A DNA stretch of 64,000 bases. It comes from Schmidtea polychroa (taxonomy: Eukaryota). Below are positions 1 through 11,899 of the stretch, piece after piece (the first letter of the stretch is position 1; each line of letters begins with the position of its first letter). The position numbers and the translations under genes are program-made. The notes beneath the pieces were generated by a model, which was given only the letters and a program-made list of their open reading frames with translations, was not told the DNA's origin and did no database searches. The stretch is taken from NCBI GenBank assembly GCA_044892525.1, contig CM097885.1:18850001-18914000 (forward strand), written 5' to 3'.

Positions 1-193
1 TATTGTCAAACTAGATTCATCTCACCCCTGCCTATTATTTTTATTGTCAAATTATATCTGACTTTTACACTTGAAGTTTCCGGGAATTATCAAGATTAAC
101 AAATACAGATAGGCGACTAGATTTCTACAATTGGTTGGATTGTTCAAAATGTAACAAGGAAATGAGTATCTTCATGTTGGCTGTAGGTATAAT

Positions 194-380
194 CAGAGCC
201 TGTTAGAGACCCAGGCCTGACATCGTGTGGCCCCTAAATTTTTTGTTTTGTTAGCACCACTTCCATAGGTCCTCTTCGTGTTTTAATTACCGCCCTAGTT
301 TATTTATTATCAATAATCAAAGCTAAACAAAATAGTGCAGTTTGGGGGCCATGTCAAAAGACCCCCCTCTTTGGGCCCTG
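194..380. mobile_element. hAT-type MITE
   Basis: Imperfect TIRs (CAGAGCC.../...GGGCCCTG) and a perfect 8-bp TSD GGTATAAT at 186-193 and 381-388. Confidence 0.7.
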
Positions 381-1127
381 GGTATAATTCAAAGGCGTCT
401 TTAATACCGAGATGTAATTGGACATTTTTTGACTAAATCAACAGTTGACAAAATTCACTCTAGATGGACTAATGCGAAGTTAGTGATCCTGCAAACATGA
501 AAATTGACTAAGAGGAATAAAGTGGCCAATGGCAAGCCTTGTTCTTCTAAGTTCTTTAAAAGTTAGATAAATATCCTTTCGTATTATCCTACTGGTATTC
601 ATTCCATATAACAAATAGGTATTAGTCAACACGGTGGATAATAATTGCATGAATAACTAATGTCAAAAATCTTTAAAAAAATAATATTTGAAATAATTAA
701 TACAAAAATCAATAATTATTGAATGTTTATGAAAAAAATGGAATTCATATTTTTAGGTTACGCCGGAATGTCCGCATAATTGAAAATTTATATATTAATA
801 TATAAAGATTGGACTATGTCTGGCGAACAAAATACCCAAAACATTATTGCCAAAATGAAATCCAAATATGATAGTAAAATGTAATTTAAATGCCAGAAGA
901 CGTCCTTATTCATATTTATGAAATAAAAATTATTAACTTTTCTCATTTCTAAAATATTTTCGTTTGATCTTGATTCCATATCAAGAGTCGATCTGAACTT
1001 ACTTGCTTTCCTAGAATTATAAATTATTTTAAATAATCCAGAGAACATTTTATGATAAATTTATTTAAATACAATAGTTTCAATATTAAATATTTATAAA
1101 AAATAGTTCACCAGCATTGTAGTAAAT

Positions 1128-1895
1128 TTATCTGCTAGTAGACCGTCTTCCACTTGTTGATCGTCTAGTGTAAGAAGTTTTCGAATATCGGGAACTTTTA
1201 TATGTCATCCTAGGAGATCTACTAGTAGATCTTCGATAAGATCTACTTGTTGATCTTCTTTTCATTGTTCTTCTTCGTGATCGACTACGCGATCTACTGG
1301 TTGAACGCCTGGGGCCCCTTCTTTGTGCCTTGAAAGGTGAACGCCGTCCATCATGGCTTCTAGATCTTCTATGGTAATCTCTACCATTTCGTCTATTCGA
1401 TACTTTACCCATGTAGTAACCAGGTGTTGGAGTATGAGCTTTTTTAGTTATACTGTAATCAACGCGAATAACTTTTCCATCGAGATTCATTCCACTAGCC
1501 TCTTTCACCGCTCTTGTAGCAGATCCCAAGTCTTCATAATTAATAAAACCGTATCCCATGGACTCGTGATGATATTTATCCATAATCAATTTAACCGATG
1601 CAATGCGACCGAATTTCTCAAATGTTTCCCATAAAGTTTGCTCTTCCGTTCTTTTGTTCAAACCAAAAACGCCAATGCATGTACAAGGTTCAGGTCGTTC
1701 ATTCATACGGTTTCTACGATTATTTCGAGATGGAGATCTTGAATAAGATCTAGAATAATTTCTATCGTTTGACGTTGTTCTGCGACGAGTAATTCTATCA
1801 TTTGAAATACTTCTGGATCGAGACTTCGAAGACCTTTCACTGGAACGACTATCTCTTTCACTATAATCCGAACTATATTTACCACTTTTAGTCAT
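1128..1895 (-). CDS. tra2: Transformer-2-like SR splicing regulator (RS-RRM-RS), intronless
   Basis: RRM with CIGVFGL and GYGFINY, followed by the Tra2-diagnostic IRVDYSITKKAHTPTPG.YMG linker; RS-rich regions on both sides. Confidence 0.9.
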   Translation of the reverse strand: MTKSGKYSSDYSERDSRSSERSSKSRSRSISNDRITRRRTTSNDRNYSRSYSRSPSRNNRRNRMNERPEPCTCIGVFGLNKRTEEQTLWETFEKFGRIASVKLIMDKYHHESMGYGFINYEDLGSATRAVKEASGMNLDGKVIRVDYSITKKAHTPTPGYYMGKVSNRRNGRDYHRRSRSHDGRRSPFKAQRRGPRRSTSRSRSRSRRRTMKRRSTSRSYRRSTSRSPRMTYKSSRYSKTSYTRRSTSGRRSTSR

Positions 1896-2140
1896 AATAA
1901 ATTATAACTCAATTAAATATGATTGTCAAAAATGACAAATATATTTAAACAAACTTTTATTTTATGTAATTCAAATGTAAATAAAATTTATTATAAATAT
2001 ATTTTTAATTTAATTTATTTTAACAAATTTTGTACAAAAGAAAATAAAATTATTGGTTTAGCCTTGTTTTATAGCAACGTTTCCCAACTGTATGCCCCGA
2101 AAATTTGAAAAAATATTTTAAATTACTGGGTTTTGAAACT

Positions 2141-4276
2141 TTGAATATGTATCTGTAATTGTAAGTACCACCTACTCAACGGTTGATCCTACTAAAAATA
2201 CAAATTTTATTCTTTTAAAATTAACTATTCATTTTATTTAATTTAATTTCTTATTGTCACTCAATTGTTGCCTAGAATTGATTTTATAATATTGATGGGT
2301 CCCGAGTGGGGTAATTCTTTCAGACCTGTAGTTGTCTTGACACGTTAACGTGTTCGTTGTATTGTTGGGCTCGGTCAAGGAGCACTTTTGATAGCCATAT
2401 AGAGGCTAAGGTCATAATTATAATGATAATAGGTATAGATAATTAATAATTACTATAAATAATAAATACAGATAAAATACTAAAGTTATATATATATATA
2501 TAAGTTAGATATCTGGTTGTTTTAATAATTGGAGTGGCGGTTTTAGTAAAAAATTAAAAAACTTATTATTTTATAAATCCTTTTGATCAAATATATATAT
2601 ATATATATATTGTTGGTTTCAAGACTTTTACTGAATTTACTAAATTTAAAGATGGATTTAAAGATGGATTTAACTGACGACCACGCCGAAAATCAAAATA
2701 TCAACGCCATTTCGAAATCGACAAAATCGCTAACGGAATGCCTACCGAAATCATGCCAAGACATGCTCACACTGAACATCAGACGATATGATGGACGAGG
2801 TTTAAAAGAACCCGAAGAATGGATTAGGGATATAGAAGAATCGCTGCTGACAAATGGACAGAGATTGACAAGCACTTTCGATGTGTTATTAGTAGCAGAA
2901 GCAAAGACATTGTGGGGAAACGTCAGAGAAACAGAAACAACAGGTGCGAAAGCCAAAGCGTAGTTCTTATATACGTTCACAATTACAAAATCAATAACTG
3001 ATAAAATCAGAGAATTGGCAGCTATGGAATATGAAGATGATGAAAGGTTTGCAGCTTTTGAGATACGGCTAAGAAAAGCTTTAGCTGAAGTTATAAATTC
3101 AGGACGATCAGAAGAAGATATTGTTCAAGACCTCATCGCAAATAAAGCACGCGATGCGAGACTGCGGGAGATACTATTGACGAAACCAGAAACAAAAATT
3201 GAAGAAACGAGATCATTGGCGAAAATATTTGAAAGTAACAAAAATGGAAACAATAAAATGGAATTTATTAAAGCAATCGGTCAAAGAACATACGCTAGCG
3301 TTACTGAGGGAGGGCAGATGAGAATTCAAAAGAATACCCAAAATCCCATATCTACATTACCACAAAAAAGACTATCAGAAGAGTCATTTAGTCACCACAG
3401 ATCAAGAAGAGACGAAAATCCTATACGCGGACCAATACAATACGAAGGAAATAACCATGGTCGTCGAGAAAAATCTCCAAGAAAACAATTCTTGAGAAAT
3501 GCGAGAATACCGAATAGCTCAGAAAGGAAGTGCTTGTCACATCGAAAGTGCTTGTCAATCTCTGTCCATTTGTCAGCAGCGATTCTTCTATATCCCTAAT
3601 CCATTCTTCGGGTTCTTTTAAACCTCGTCCATCATATCGTCTGATGTTCAGTGTGAGCATGTCTTGGCATGATTTCGGTAGGCATTCCGTTAGCGATTTT
3701 GTCGATTTCGAAATGGCGTTGATATTTTGATTTTCGGCGTGGTCGTCAGTTAAATCCATCTTTAAATTTAGTAAATTCAGTAAAAGTCTTGAAACCAACA
3801 ATATATATATATATATATATATATTTGATCAAAAGGATTTATAAAATAATAAGTTTTTTAATTTTTTACTAAAACCGCCACTCCAATTATTAAAACAACC
3901 AGATATCTAACTTATATATATATATATATAACTTTAGTATTTTATCTGTATTTATTATTTATAGTAATTATTAATTATCTATACCTATTATCATTATAAT
4001 TATGACCTTAGCCTCTATATGGCTATCAAAAGTGCTCCTTGACCGAGCCCAACAATACAACGAACACGTTAACGTGTCAAGACAACTACAGGTCTGAAAG
4101 AATTACCCCACTCGGGACCCATCAATATTATAAAATCAATTCTAGGCAACAATTGAGTGACAATAAGAAATTAAATTAAATAAAATGAATAGTTAATTTT
4201 AAAAGAATAAAATTTGTATTTTTAGTAGGATCAACCGTTGAGTAGGTGGTACTTACAATTACAGATACATATTCAA
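2141..4276. repeat. Long inverted duplication (arms 2141-2885 and 3538-4276, 652-bp spacer)
   Basis: The arms are near-perfect reverse complements; mirrored ORFs 2583..2963(+) and 3421..3801(-) give the same peptide. Confidence 0.95.
2652..3530 (+). pseudogene. Retrotransposon gag-like fragment
   Basis: YDGRG..EPEEWIRDIE...AKTLW, then ERFAAFEIRL; in-frame stop at 2961-2963; truncated by the inversion. Confidence 0.65.
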
Positions 4277-4970
4277 TTTTTATTTTCTAATTATTTTTTG
4301 CTAAATTTACCTCCATGATGGATTTGGAACGATTCCAGAACATTCCATATTAATTTTAATTTAATTTTTATTTTAATGATGTTTTTATTGCTCTATGTGG
4401 CTTTTATGATGGTTATCGCCATTTTTATGAAATGTTCTGGGATTCTTCTAGAATTTTTAGCGTCTTACCATCTTTCCAATGGCGTAGCAATTGGTTGTGC
4501 CGGTTGTGCACGGCACAAGGGCCCAGGACGAAAAATTAGTAAAATTTATACGTTCGAGCATTATAAATTCCCCGATTGTCATCAAACCAAGCATCGCTTT
4601 GGCGTTTGTTTTGTTTTTATTAAGACAGCAACCACAGTTTGGACGGTTTATACATTTAATATTATTAGGAATCTATATTGGATATAGTTGTAAACCACAT
4701 ATGGGTCAAATATTTTGTGCGTCCCAAAATCTGCACAAGGGCCCCAGAAATCCTTGGTACGCCACTGCATCTTTCTCAGCTATTCGAGTCTATTTTTGTA
4801 ATTTTGTGTTTCTTTGCTATTTTTGAGTTAGTTTCTTGCACTACTTCTTGCATTTGTATCATTTTATTTAATTTCTGTGTTTATATTTTTTGTTGTTTTT
4901 CCTCCTAATTAATATTGTTTATTTGATGTATTTTTATATTTAACTGAACTTATTGCTATTTGCGTGCTAA
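4277..4970. mobile_element. Diverged fragment of the giant-element LTR family
   Basis: Matches ~9970-10430 (e.g. CCATGATGGATTTGGAAC..TTCCAGAACATT); interrupted by a MITE. Confidence 0.75.
4477..4767. mobile_element. hAT-type MITE
   Basis: TIRs CAATGGCGTAGCAA / TTGGTACGCCACTG; perfect 8-bp TSD CATCTTTC at 4469-4476 and 4768-4775. Confidence 0.85.
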
Positions 4971-4979
4971 CTCTGTTTA

Positions 4980-5840
4980 CGATGTTGCGAGATCTGCGAT
5001 AAGAGAAAGATCGAGCAGACAAGAACCAAGGAAACATTTATTCCTAGATATAGCTCTGAATTCCTAGAACAGATTGTTATGGATGTGGCTTACATGGAAA
5101 TGAACGCCATAAAAAAATATATGGTAGTAATGGTGGACCGTTTTAGCAAACTGATTTCTTTAACTGCAATCACAAAGCAAGACGAAGGGACAATTTTCAA
5201 AACAATACTTAATAGTTGGATCTATCGATTTGGAAAACCGAAGAGCATTTTAACAGATAGAGGCCAAAATTTCGAAGAGAATTTCCTAAGACAGAAGCTA
5301 CAGAAACTTGGAATCAAACAGGAATTCAGCTCACCTTACCAGCACCAATCAAATGGTTTAGCCGAATGAGCCATACGAACGATAAGAGATCTTATTACAG
5401 CAACATTGGCAGGTGGATGTGAAGAGAGAAACTGGCACGAACTTCTACCCAGAATAGAGTTCACTATAAATAGCAGTCGACAAAGTGCTACAGGTTTATC
5501 ACCATTTGAAATAATTTATGGACGGAGTGTCAACCTACACTCTTACCTGAAACAAGCCGAGATATCAAGAAGCGAAAGAATCGAAGATGCGAGATTTAAC
5601 TCGAGTAAAGCCGCAGACACTATGAGAGCTATGGATAAGACAAAGAGAGGCACTCGTGTTTTCGAGGTGGAGTAGGAGGTACTCGTACGCAAAGAGCCCC
5701 AGAACAGACACAAGGATGGTATGCAATACGATGGCCCATATAAAATCGTCAGATTTCTATCACCTCATCGAGTCGAACTACATTCACAAGAAGGAACGAA
5801 AGAAAGAAGAATCGAGTGGCTGAAGAAGTGGAAAAAGTCT
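4980..5840 (+). pseudogene. Ty3/gypsy integrase fragment
   Basis: CEIC zinc half-site, MDVAY, ILTDRGQNF, SPYQHQSNGLAE, TGLSPFEIIYG and GPY motif; in-frame stops at 5367 and 5673. Confidence 0.9.
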
Positions 5841-5940
5841 TACGAAGGGGAGAGTTAGATATCTGGTTGTTTTAATAATTGGAGTAGCGGTTTTTGTAAA
5901 AAATTAAAAAACTTATTATTGTATAAATCCTTTTGATCAA

Positions 5941-5971
<31 letters not shown>

Positions 5972-6557
5972 ATAAATACAGTAAGAAATAATCAATATAA
6001 ATATGTTGAGTTGTATACAAAAGTCAAAATATTATTAGTTCCTACGCTTAATTACTATTGATTAAAAAGCGATTTACAGAATCAGCTGTCAGGCAATTTA
6101 TTTGCAATTAAAAAGGACTGATCAAGAAAGTAATAAAAGAGATTACTAATCTTAATAGTGGTGGGTTACTGGTGGTTGAATGATTGAGTGCTGTTACCAG
6201 CGTAACCCAAAATACAACATTGTTTTTTCCGCTTGGTACCCGTTGAGTGATCAACGTTGGTACTGTACCAAGGGTTGAGTACTCGCAAAAAGTGAGCGCA
6301 TCAAAGCACTATAGTTGTCGAGTACTCCGTGGGTTCACGGACTACCGATAGAAGGTGTGTGTCCGATTTCTCAGGTCCCTTTATCAAAATTGTTTTCCCA
6401 ACCTTATGCACAAACTCTCATTTCCCAGGCAATCATAAACTGTACTAGTCATTATTTTATCACTACAAAACGTGCAGTATTTTAACAAGGAACATATTAT
6501 TTGAAGACTACCACCATACATAAAAATACTACAAAACACCTAAAACCGAATATAAGT

Positions 6558-7028
6558 TCAAACAGGCTTATTGGTAGGACTGGCCAATTCCGTCGCATCT
6601 GCTAGTGACGAATTTGCTTGTCGCTCGTATTCGGCCAGTCTAGCTTTCTTCAATTTTTCCCGAATATTTCGGCCTAACCGCTTTCTTGTGGGTTTCTCTT
6701 TCGCGGCCGGGGGGTATATTGCTGCTAGTTCCACGGTCAACGGCCGGATTTGGCTTATGGCGGCTCCGTGAACTACTTGTTCATTGCGTTCGGTTTTTAA
6801 CGCGCGGAGCTGGAGTTTCAGTGCCCGGATCTCCATCTGATCCTGCGCAGCTTGCGTCTGCAGTTGAAGGACCTGCGCCACCTTCTTTTTCATATCCTCG
6901 GGACTAAACCAGGTGCTTTCTAGTTCCCGGCATCGTCCCTTGAGCTTGTCTACTCGTATGCGGAGCTCCTCGGACTGTTTTTGAGCATCTGCTCTATCTC
7001 TTCGCAGATTTTCCAATAGTTTGAACAC
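6558..7028 (-). CDS. LTR-encoded coiled-coil protein with basic NLS-like patch (no genomic ATG; starts at a splice-acceptor-like site)
   Basis: 156-codon ORF; decayed homologs with a shared WFSPE.MK...EIR.LK motif at ~48250, ~56150 and ~61030 imply coding constraint. Confidence 0.7.
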   Translation of the reverse strand: MFKLLENLRRDRADAQKQSEELRIRVDKLKGRCRELESTWFSPEDMKKKVAQVLQLQTQAAQDQMEIRALKLQLRALKTERNEQVVHGAAISQIRPLTVELAAIYPPAAKEKPTRKRLGRNIREKLKKARLAEYERQANSSLADATELASPTNKPV

Positions 7029-7237
7029 TAGATAAATTCAACGATTATATTCTTGCAGCATACTCTTCATTCAATTATAAAATAAAATCAATATTATAAA
7101 TAAACATAGTTTCGGATGTTAAGCACGCAATACACAAGATGATTTATTAAAAGGACTGAAATAATTATCACTAAAATCAAAGTTTAATAAAGTCACAACT
7201 GGATGATAATTTGCAAAAACAAAATTTTGACGATGAG

Positions 7238-7603
7238 TCAGTTCAGTCGCTTGCGAGGCCTTCCCCTCTTCCGCGGGGTTGCCTCGGCCTCTTCTAGGTC
7301 CTCCACGGTTTTTCCCTCTTTTTCTGCTTGGATTTGTAGCTCGATTTTCTTGAGTCGCATCTGAGCTGCTTCTACCTCGATGGCCGCTCGGTCGCGGGCC
7401 TCTTGCAAAAAATCGTTTGTGGGCTCTGTTTTTACCCACGCCGGAGCGTCCGGCTCCGGCCCACTCCTGATTACTGGGCCAAAGTTGTCGAGGTCCAAAC
7501 CCCGATTCCAATCATGGATACGGTGCCATATGTACCGTGTACGGAGTCTGGTAAGCATCTGTCGGTCGACTTCTTCGTGGCTATCGCTGTCAGAGTAGGA
7601 CAT
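7238..7603 (-). CDS. LTR-encoded small protein with a C-terminal AT-hook
   Basis: 121 aa ending TPRKRGRPRKRLN; ATG preceded by TTTTGTAG-AA. Confidence 0.7.
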   Translation of the reverse strand: MSYSDSDSHEEVDRQMLTRLRTRYIWHRIHDWNRGLDLDNFGPVIRSGPEPDAPAWVKTEPTNDFLQEARDRAAIEVEAAQMRLKKIELQIQAEKEGKTVEDLEEAEATPRKRGRPRKRLN

Positions 7604-8111
7604 TTCTACAAAATAATAATCAAGCCCCTCTATACTGATTGAGATACGACGTCAACCACAAGATTTTGTTGACCCTTTTTCCCTTTAAAAAAAAATATTT
7701 TATTTTAAGACTAACATCTATAAGCTTAGGAACAGTGGAATAAGATTTCCTACTTTATCAAAACAAACACAAAAAAAGGAATTTCGTCAAAATTCGTTTG
7801 TTTAAATCAATCATTTCCATTCAAAATTTTTGTTTACCATGAGTGGTAATTTTAATCACTATTTATAAATTTTAATTTATATGTTAATAAAATGTAAAAT
7901 TTTTTTAGATCGTCATTTTTAGGCCACTTAATTCGGGCACGCTGGGGCGACAGGTACTAGCAACGAACTAAGCTCTTCGTCTGCTTACCTTTCCTTCGGT
8001 TGTGCTCGTTATGAGTGGTTTGCTCTGCATACAAGTAATTTATTTAATTTGCTAATTTCTAAATTTCCAGGTGATCGATATCGGATTGGGATATCGATTT
8101 TTTGTAGTTAA

Positions 8112-8470
8112 CTGTAATAATACCAATAATAATAACAATGAAATAACGATACCAATAATAATAATAATAATGATAATAATAATATTAATAATAGCAATGA
8201 TAGTAATAATAATAAGAATAATAATAAATTTTAATAATGGTAATAATAATAATACTAATAATAATAATAACAAGAATAATAATAAATTTTTATAATGGGA
8301 CTGATAATGATGATAATAATAATAATGCTAATTATGATATTCATAATAATGATAATAATAATATAATAATAATAAGAATAAGAATAATAATACTAATAGT
8401 AATGATAATGTTGATACTGCTAATAGTAATAACCAGGGGAATGATCAGGATTATGATAACTATAATTTTA
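8112..8470. repeat. Degenerate (AAT)n microsatellite inside the LTR (copy at ~37996-38354)
   Basis: Direct reading; it generates spurious poly-I/N/L ORFs. Confidence 0.9.
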
Positions 8471-10836
8471 TAATCCCATGTTTTAAAATTATAAATTTAT
8501 GTTCTATGATTTATACTTTGATAATTTTCGATTTATAATTTAAAATTTTTCAATTTAGGGATTTACAATCTTGTAATTTATAATTATAATTTCATATTTT
8601 GAAATTTATACATTCATATTTTATAAGTTATAATTGCTTAACTTATAATTTATAAGTTTATAATCTAAAATTTATACTTTTGTAATTCGTATTTTCGTAC
8701 TTTATAATTTGAAATTTGTAGTCGACGGAATATACTTCTTGCAACTTCCTTTCTATGATCAACATTGTTTTCCGCAGTACTTACAGATTTCCTGGTCCTA
8801 TTTGTGGATTAAACTTCAGGGTTCTAGCGCGTCTATCGCCTATCTGTAACCAATCCTAAGTTGATTTTTATACGAAAAATTGTTTATTACTATCTCTGAT
8901 CAGACTTTCTCCATTAACAATTTACATTTTCAGGATCGACGTGATTTGTACCTAGCTATCGTAATTATTTATAACTTATAGTTTTATAGTTAACAACAAG
9001 AATATTACAACTAAGAGCCTACCCATTTACAAACATTTTAAAGTGGGAACTAGATTTAAAATGTCTATCTTTACTCGGAATCAGCATATCTAGATCAAGT
9101 TATACCTGTACGTATGCCGAATATCTCTCCTATTTCTATTACTTTATCAAAGATCCTTACTACAAAATCTAGTTCGGCATATATCTAAGTATAATTGAAA
9201 TTACCATTATGAATCAACTAGCTACATTAATGTGAGTGTAGAATTGTGTAATTTTAGGTACGAGCTCTACTCAAATTAGAACCTTAGTGTAGAGTTATTG
9301 TTCAGGATTTTAAGTGTTGAGTTTAATTGTATATTACGCAATGAGTCGGGAAGAATATTGCTTCCATGGCCCCACTGTGACCACGTCCACAAACCTTAGT
9401 GTTGTGTGCTAAGTCAACCATTTACGGCTGACCTTAAATAAATACGAAGAGTCAGGCGGAGGGTTTCCTCGACCTAACTCCATGGCAGGACCATGAAGTA
9501 GTTCGACCTCCGGCTGACCCGAACAAAAAGAAATCATATAATAAATATCACTATAATAATGATAATGCGTGTCTGCATGTCCTGTTAATAACGATTTTAA
9601 TAAATTGGATGCAGGACTGAACAACGACGCAGGAATACCAGTACGCCGTTGATCACTCATACATCGCAAAAAATTTTAAGCAAAAAATAAATTTAAAATA
9701 CCATCTATATAATTAAACAATTAATATACAAATAAAGATCAATGCTTACTATCGATTTTGGAAATTTCGTCACAAAAATTTGGCATAAAAGTGATTGATT
9801 GTGACTGAAACGTGTCAGTATATATACCTATTTAGTACACGTGTATGTATTGATGCATTAAAACAAACTCGAATTCTTTTTATTCCAGAATTTTCTATTT
9901 TACGATTTTGCTATTTTTAATGGCAATTTTTGTGCCATAATTTTTGTTTTTATTTTTATATTTTTATTTTTTAATTATTTTTCCTTAATTTTACGTCCAT
10001 GATGGATTTGGAACGGTTCCAGAACATTCTATTTTACTTTTAATTTAATTTTTATTTTAACTGATGTTTTTATGAATTCTTTTTGAGATTTTTTATTTTT
10101 AATACTAATTTATTTATTTTCCTTAACTTTTGTTGTTCTAGATAACTTTTGTGATGGTCATCGCCATTTTTATAGAATGTTCTGGGTTTTTCTGGAATGT
10201 TTTACTGTTTTTATCGTCTCTTAAGTTGTTCGAGTCTGTTTTTTTGTAACTCTGTGTTTATTTGGTTATTTTTGAGTTAGATTTTTGCATCACTTCTTGC
10301 TTTTGTATAATTTTGTTTAATTTCTTTGTTTATGTTTTTGTTGCTTTCTCCTTTAGTTAATATTGTTTATTTGGTGTAGGTTTTAATATTTAACTATACT
10401 TGGTGCTTTTTTACTTGCTGTGTACCTACGCGTTTCAGTCACAATTAGTATTTTGGGTCTAGAAATCAGTTCTAGCCCAACATAAAACACTCGGGGGCCC
10501 ATAAAATTGCGACCCGCAATTTAAATCACAAGATGAAGAAAATTATTTTTCAGAATACTTGCACTATATTACAAGTGCCTACATGCAAATTGGGTCTACG
10601 AGCTACAGGGTCGTGACCTCAATACCCACATACATAAAAAGGCTACTATTATACTACATTCTACGGATGGGTTGAAAGATGAAGAAAAGAACGACCGAGG
10701 TCGGTCCACACGAAAATAAAATTATCATGCTCAAGAATCAATGTTATTAGTCACAATCAGTCTCAGTCTTTGAAATCATGATTGTTTGATAATGTTTTAT
10801 AATGTCATGAAATGTTTATACTGTCGTGATGTCACA

Positions 10837-11823
10837 TTAATAAAATTCGGTTGTTCGGGATCTCGTCTCGATGACGGCTCTGGTTTCAATGTTTGGGGGA
10901 GATTTGAAGTAGCTTGGTTGGTTCGTTGTTTGGACTAGCTGTTCTTCCATTGGGATACGAATACTTCTTGATTGTTCCTTTAGTTTGAGGGTTTTGTTTC
11001 TTTCTTTACTGGAATTGGGTTTGAGTGCAATCAGGCTCAGTATGGTGATGTTTATCATTAGGCTCGCCGCTAATAGGATCAATATTGTGAGGGATTCAGA
11101 CTCTCTCGGTTCTATTACTTTGGGTTTGTTCATAATTTCTTTTAATTGGGTTGTATCCGCCGTTTCTGATTTTTCGGGCTTATTGAATTTGTTTTCTTCT
11201 GAGGTGACAACTTTCTTTATTGCCTCAAGGGTTTTAATCATCTTCTCGGAGTTCGTTGGGTTTTTGTTTATGGTAGTTAGGATTTCCCTTGTCATTTCTT
11301 TCAAGGTTTTCGTTACCTCATTTTTAATGCTGGGTTCCTCTTTGATGATGGAAGTTATTTTTCCTTTCATTTCCTCCAAAGATTTTACTACTGTTTCGCA
11401 ATTGCTTGAACGTCCATAGGCGGTTGCTGTTACCTGTTGTTTTATTTCCTCTAATATTATTACCATCATTCTCATTGCGGCTGGATCTGTTTGGGATTCT
11501 CTCTTTGATTTCTGACTTTGACATTGTTTGGCTAATGTTGCTATCTGGGTTCTGATAACTTTCATTTCTTGTTCTAACATTGTTTTTATTGTCTGAGCCA
11601 TTTGCACTTCCGTCGAACTTTCAGTTGTTTGTGGACATTGCGAACATTGTAACTTGATTTGTTCGCATTCCTCATTGGGTTTTTCGCAGATCGATTTAAA
11701 GCTACTACATGTACTATCTTCTCTGCGATATGGGTATTCTTTCTGGCATCTGATCATTGATTCTTCTGCTTGCAGGATTTTTGGCATTGTCATTATAATC
11801 ATCATCACGATTAGGCTTCTCAT
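10837..11823 (-). CDS. Accessory type-I membrane protein
   Basis: N-terminal signal-like peptide, six-Cys cluster, repeated helical stalk (KTLKEM/KTLEAI/KSLEEM), TM ILILLAASLMINITILSLIAL, cytoplasmic tail. Confidence 0.8.
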   Translation of the reverse strand: MRSLIVMMIIMTMPKILQAEESMIRCQKEYPYRREDSTCSSFKSICEKPNEECEQIKLQCSQCPQTTESSTEVQMAQTIKTMLEQEMKVIRTQIATLAKQCQSQKSKRESQTDPAAMRMMVIILEEIKQQVTATAYGRSSNCETVVKSLEEMKGKITSIIKEEPSIKNEVTKTLKEMTREILTTINKNPTNSEKMIKTLEAIKKVVTSEENKFNKPEKSETADTTQLKEIMNKPKVIEPRESESLTILILLAASLMINITILSLIALKPNSSKERNKTLKLKEQSRSIRIPMEEQLVQTTNQPSYFKSPPNIETRAVIETRSRTTEFY

Positions 11824-11899
11824 CTTTACATATACATATATGTTAATAATAATTACTTGGCTTTATTTACAATTTATTTACACGGTTATTTTGTCTCAT

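Larger units (their letters stand above)
2503..5967 (+). mobile_element. Rearranged small Ty3/gypsy relic with ~110-bp LTRs (2503-~2611 and 5853-~5967)
   Basis: Direct repeat AGTTAGATATCTGGTTG...(TA)n at both ends; purine tract GAAGGGGAG at 5844-5852 abuts the 3' copy; gag and integrase fragments lie inside. Confidence 0.8.
6159..10482 (-). repeat. 3' LTR of the giant element (4324 bp)
   Basis: Begins TGGTGGG and ends CCCAACA on + (6/7 terminal inverted repeat); matched 36043-40366 in every segment I compared. Confidence 0.97.

Noticed and set aside
788..1048. 86-aa ORF downstream of tra2
   Set aside because: No recognisable domain; AT-rich sequence compatible with a 3' UTR or intergenic DNA.
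7119..7511. 130-aa ORF overlapping the AT-hook ORF in another frame
   Set aside because: No recognisable motif or acceptor context; explained by local GC richness, though not strictly excluded.
8052..8473. Poly-I/L/N ORFs (also 37936-38357)
   Set aside because: Artefacts of the (AAT)n microsatellite.
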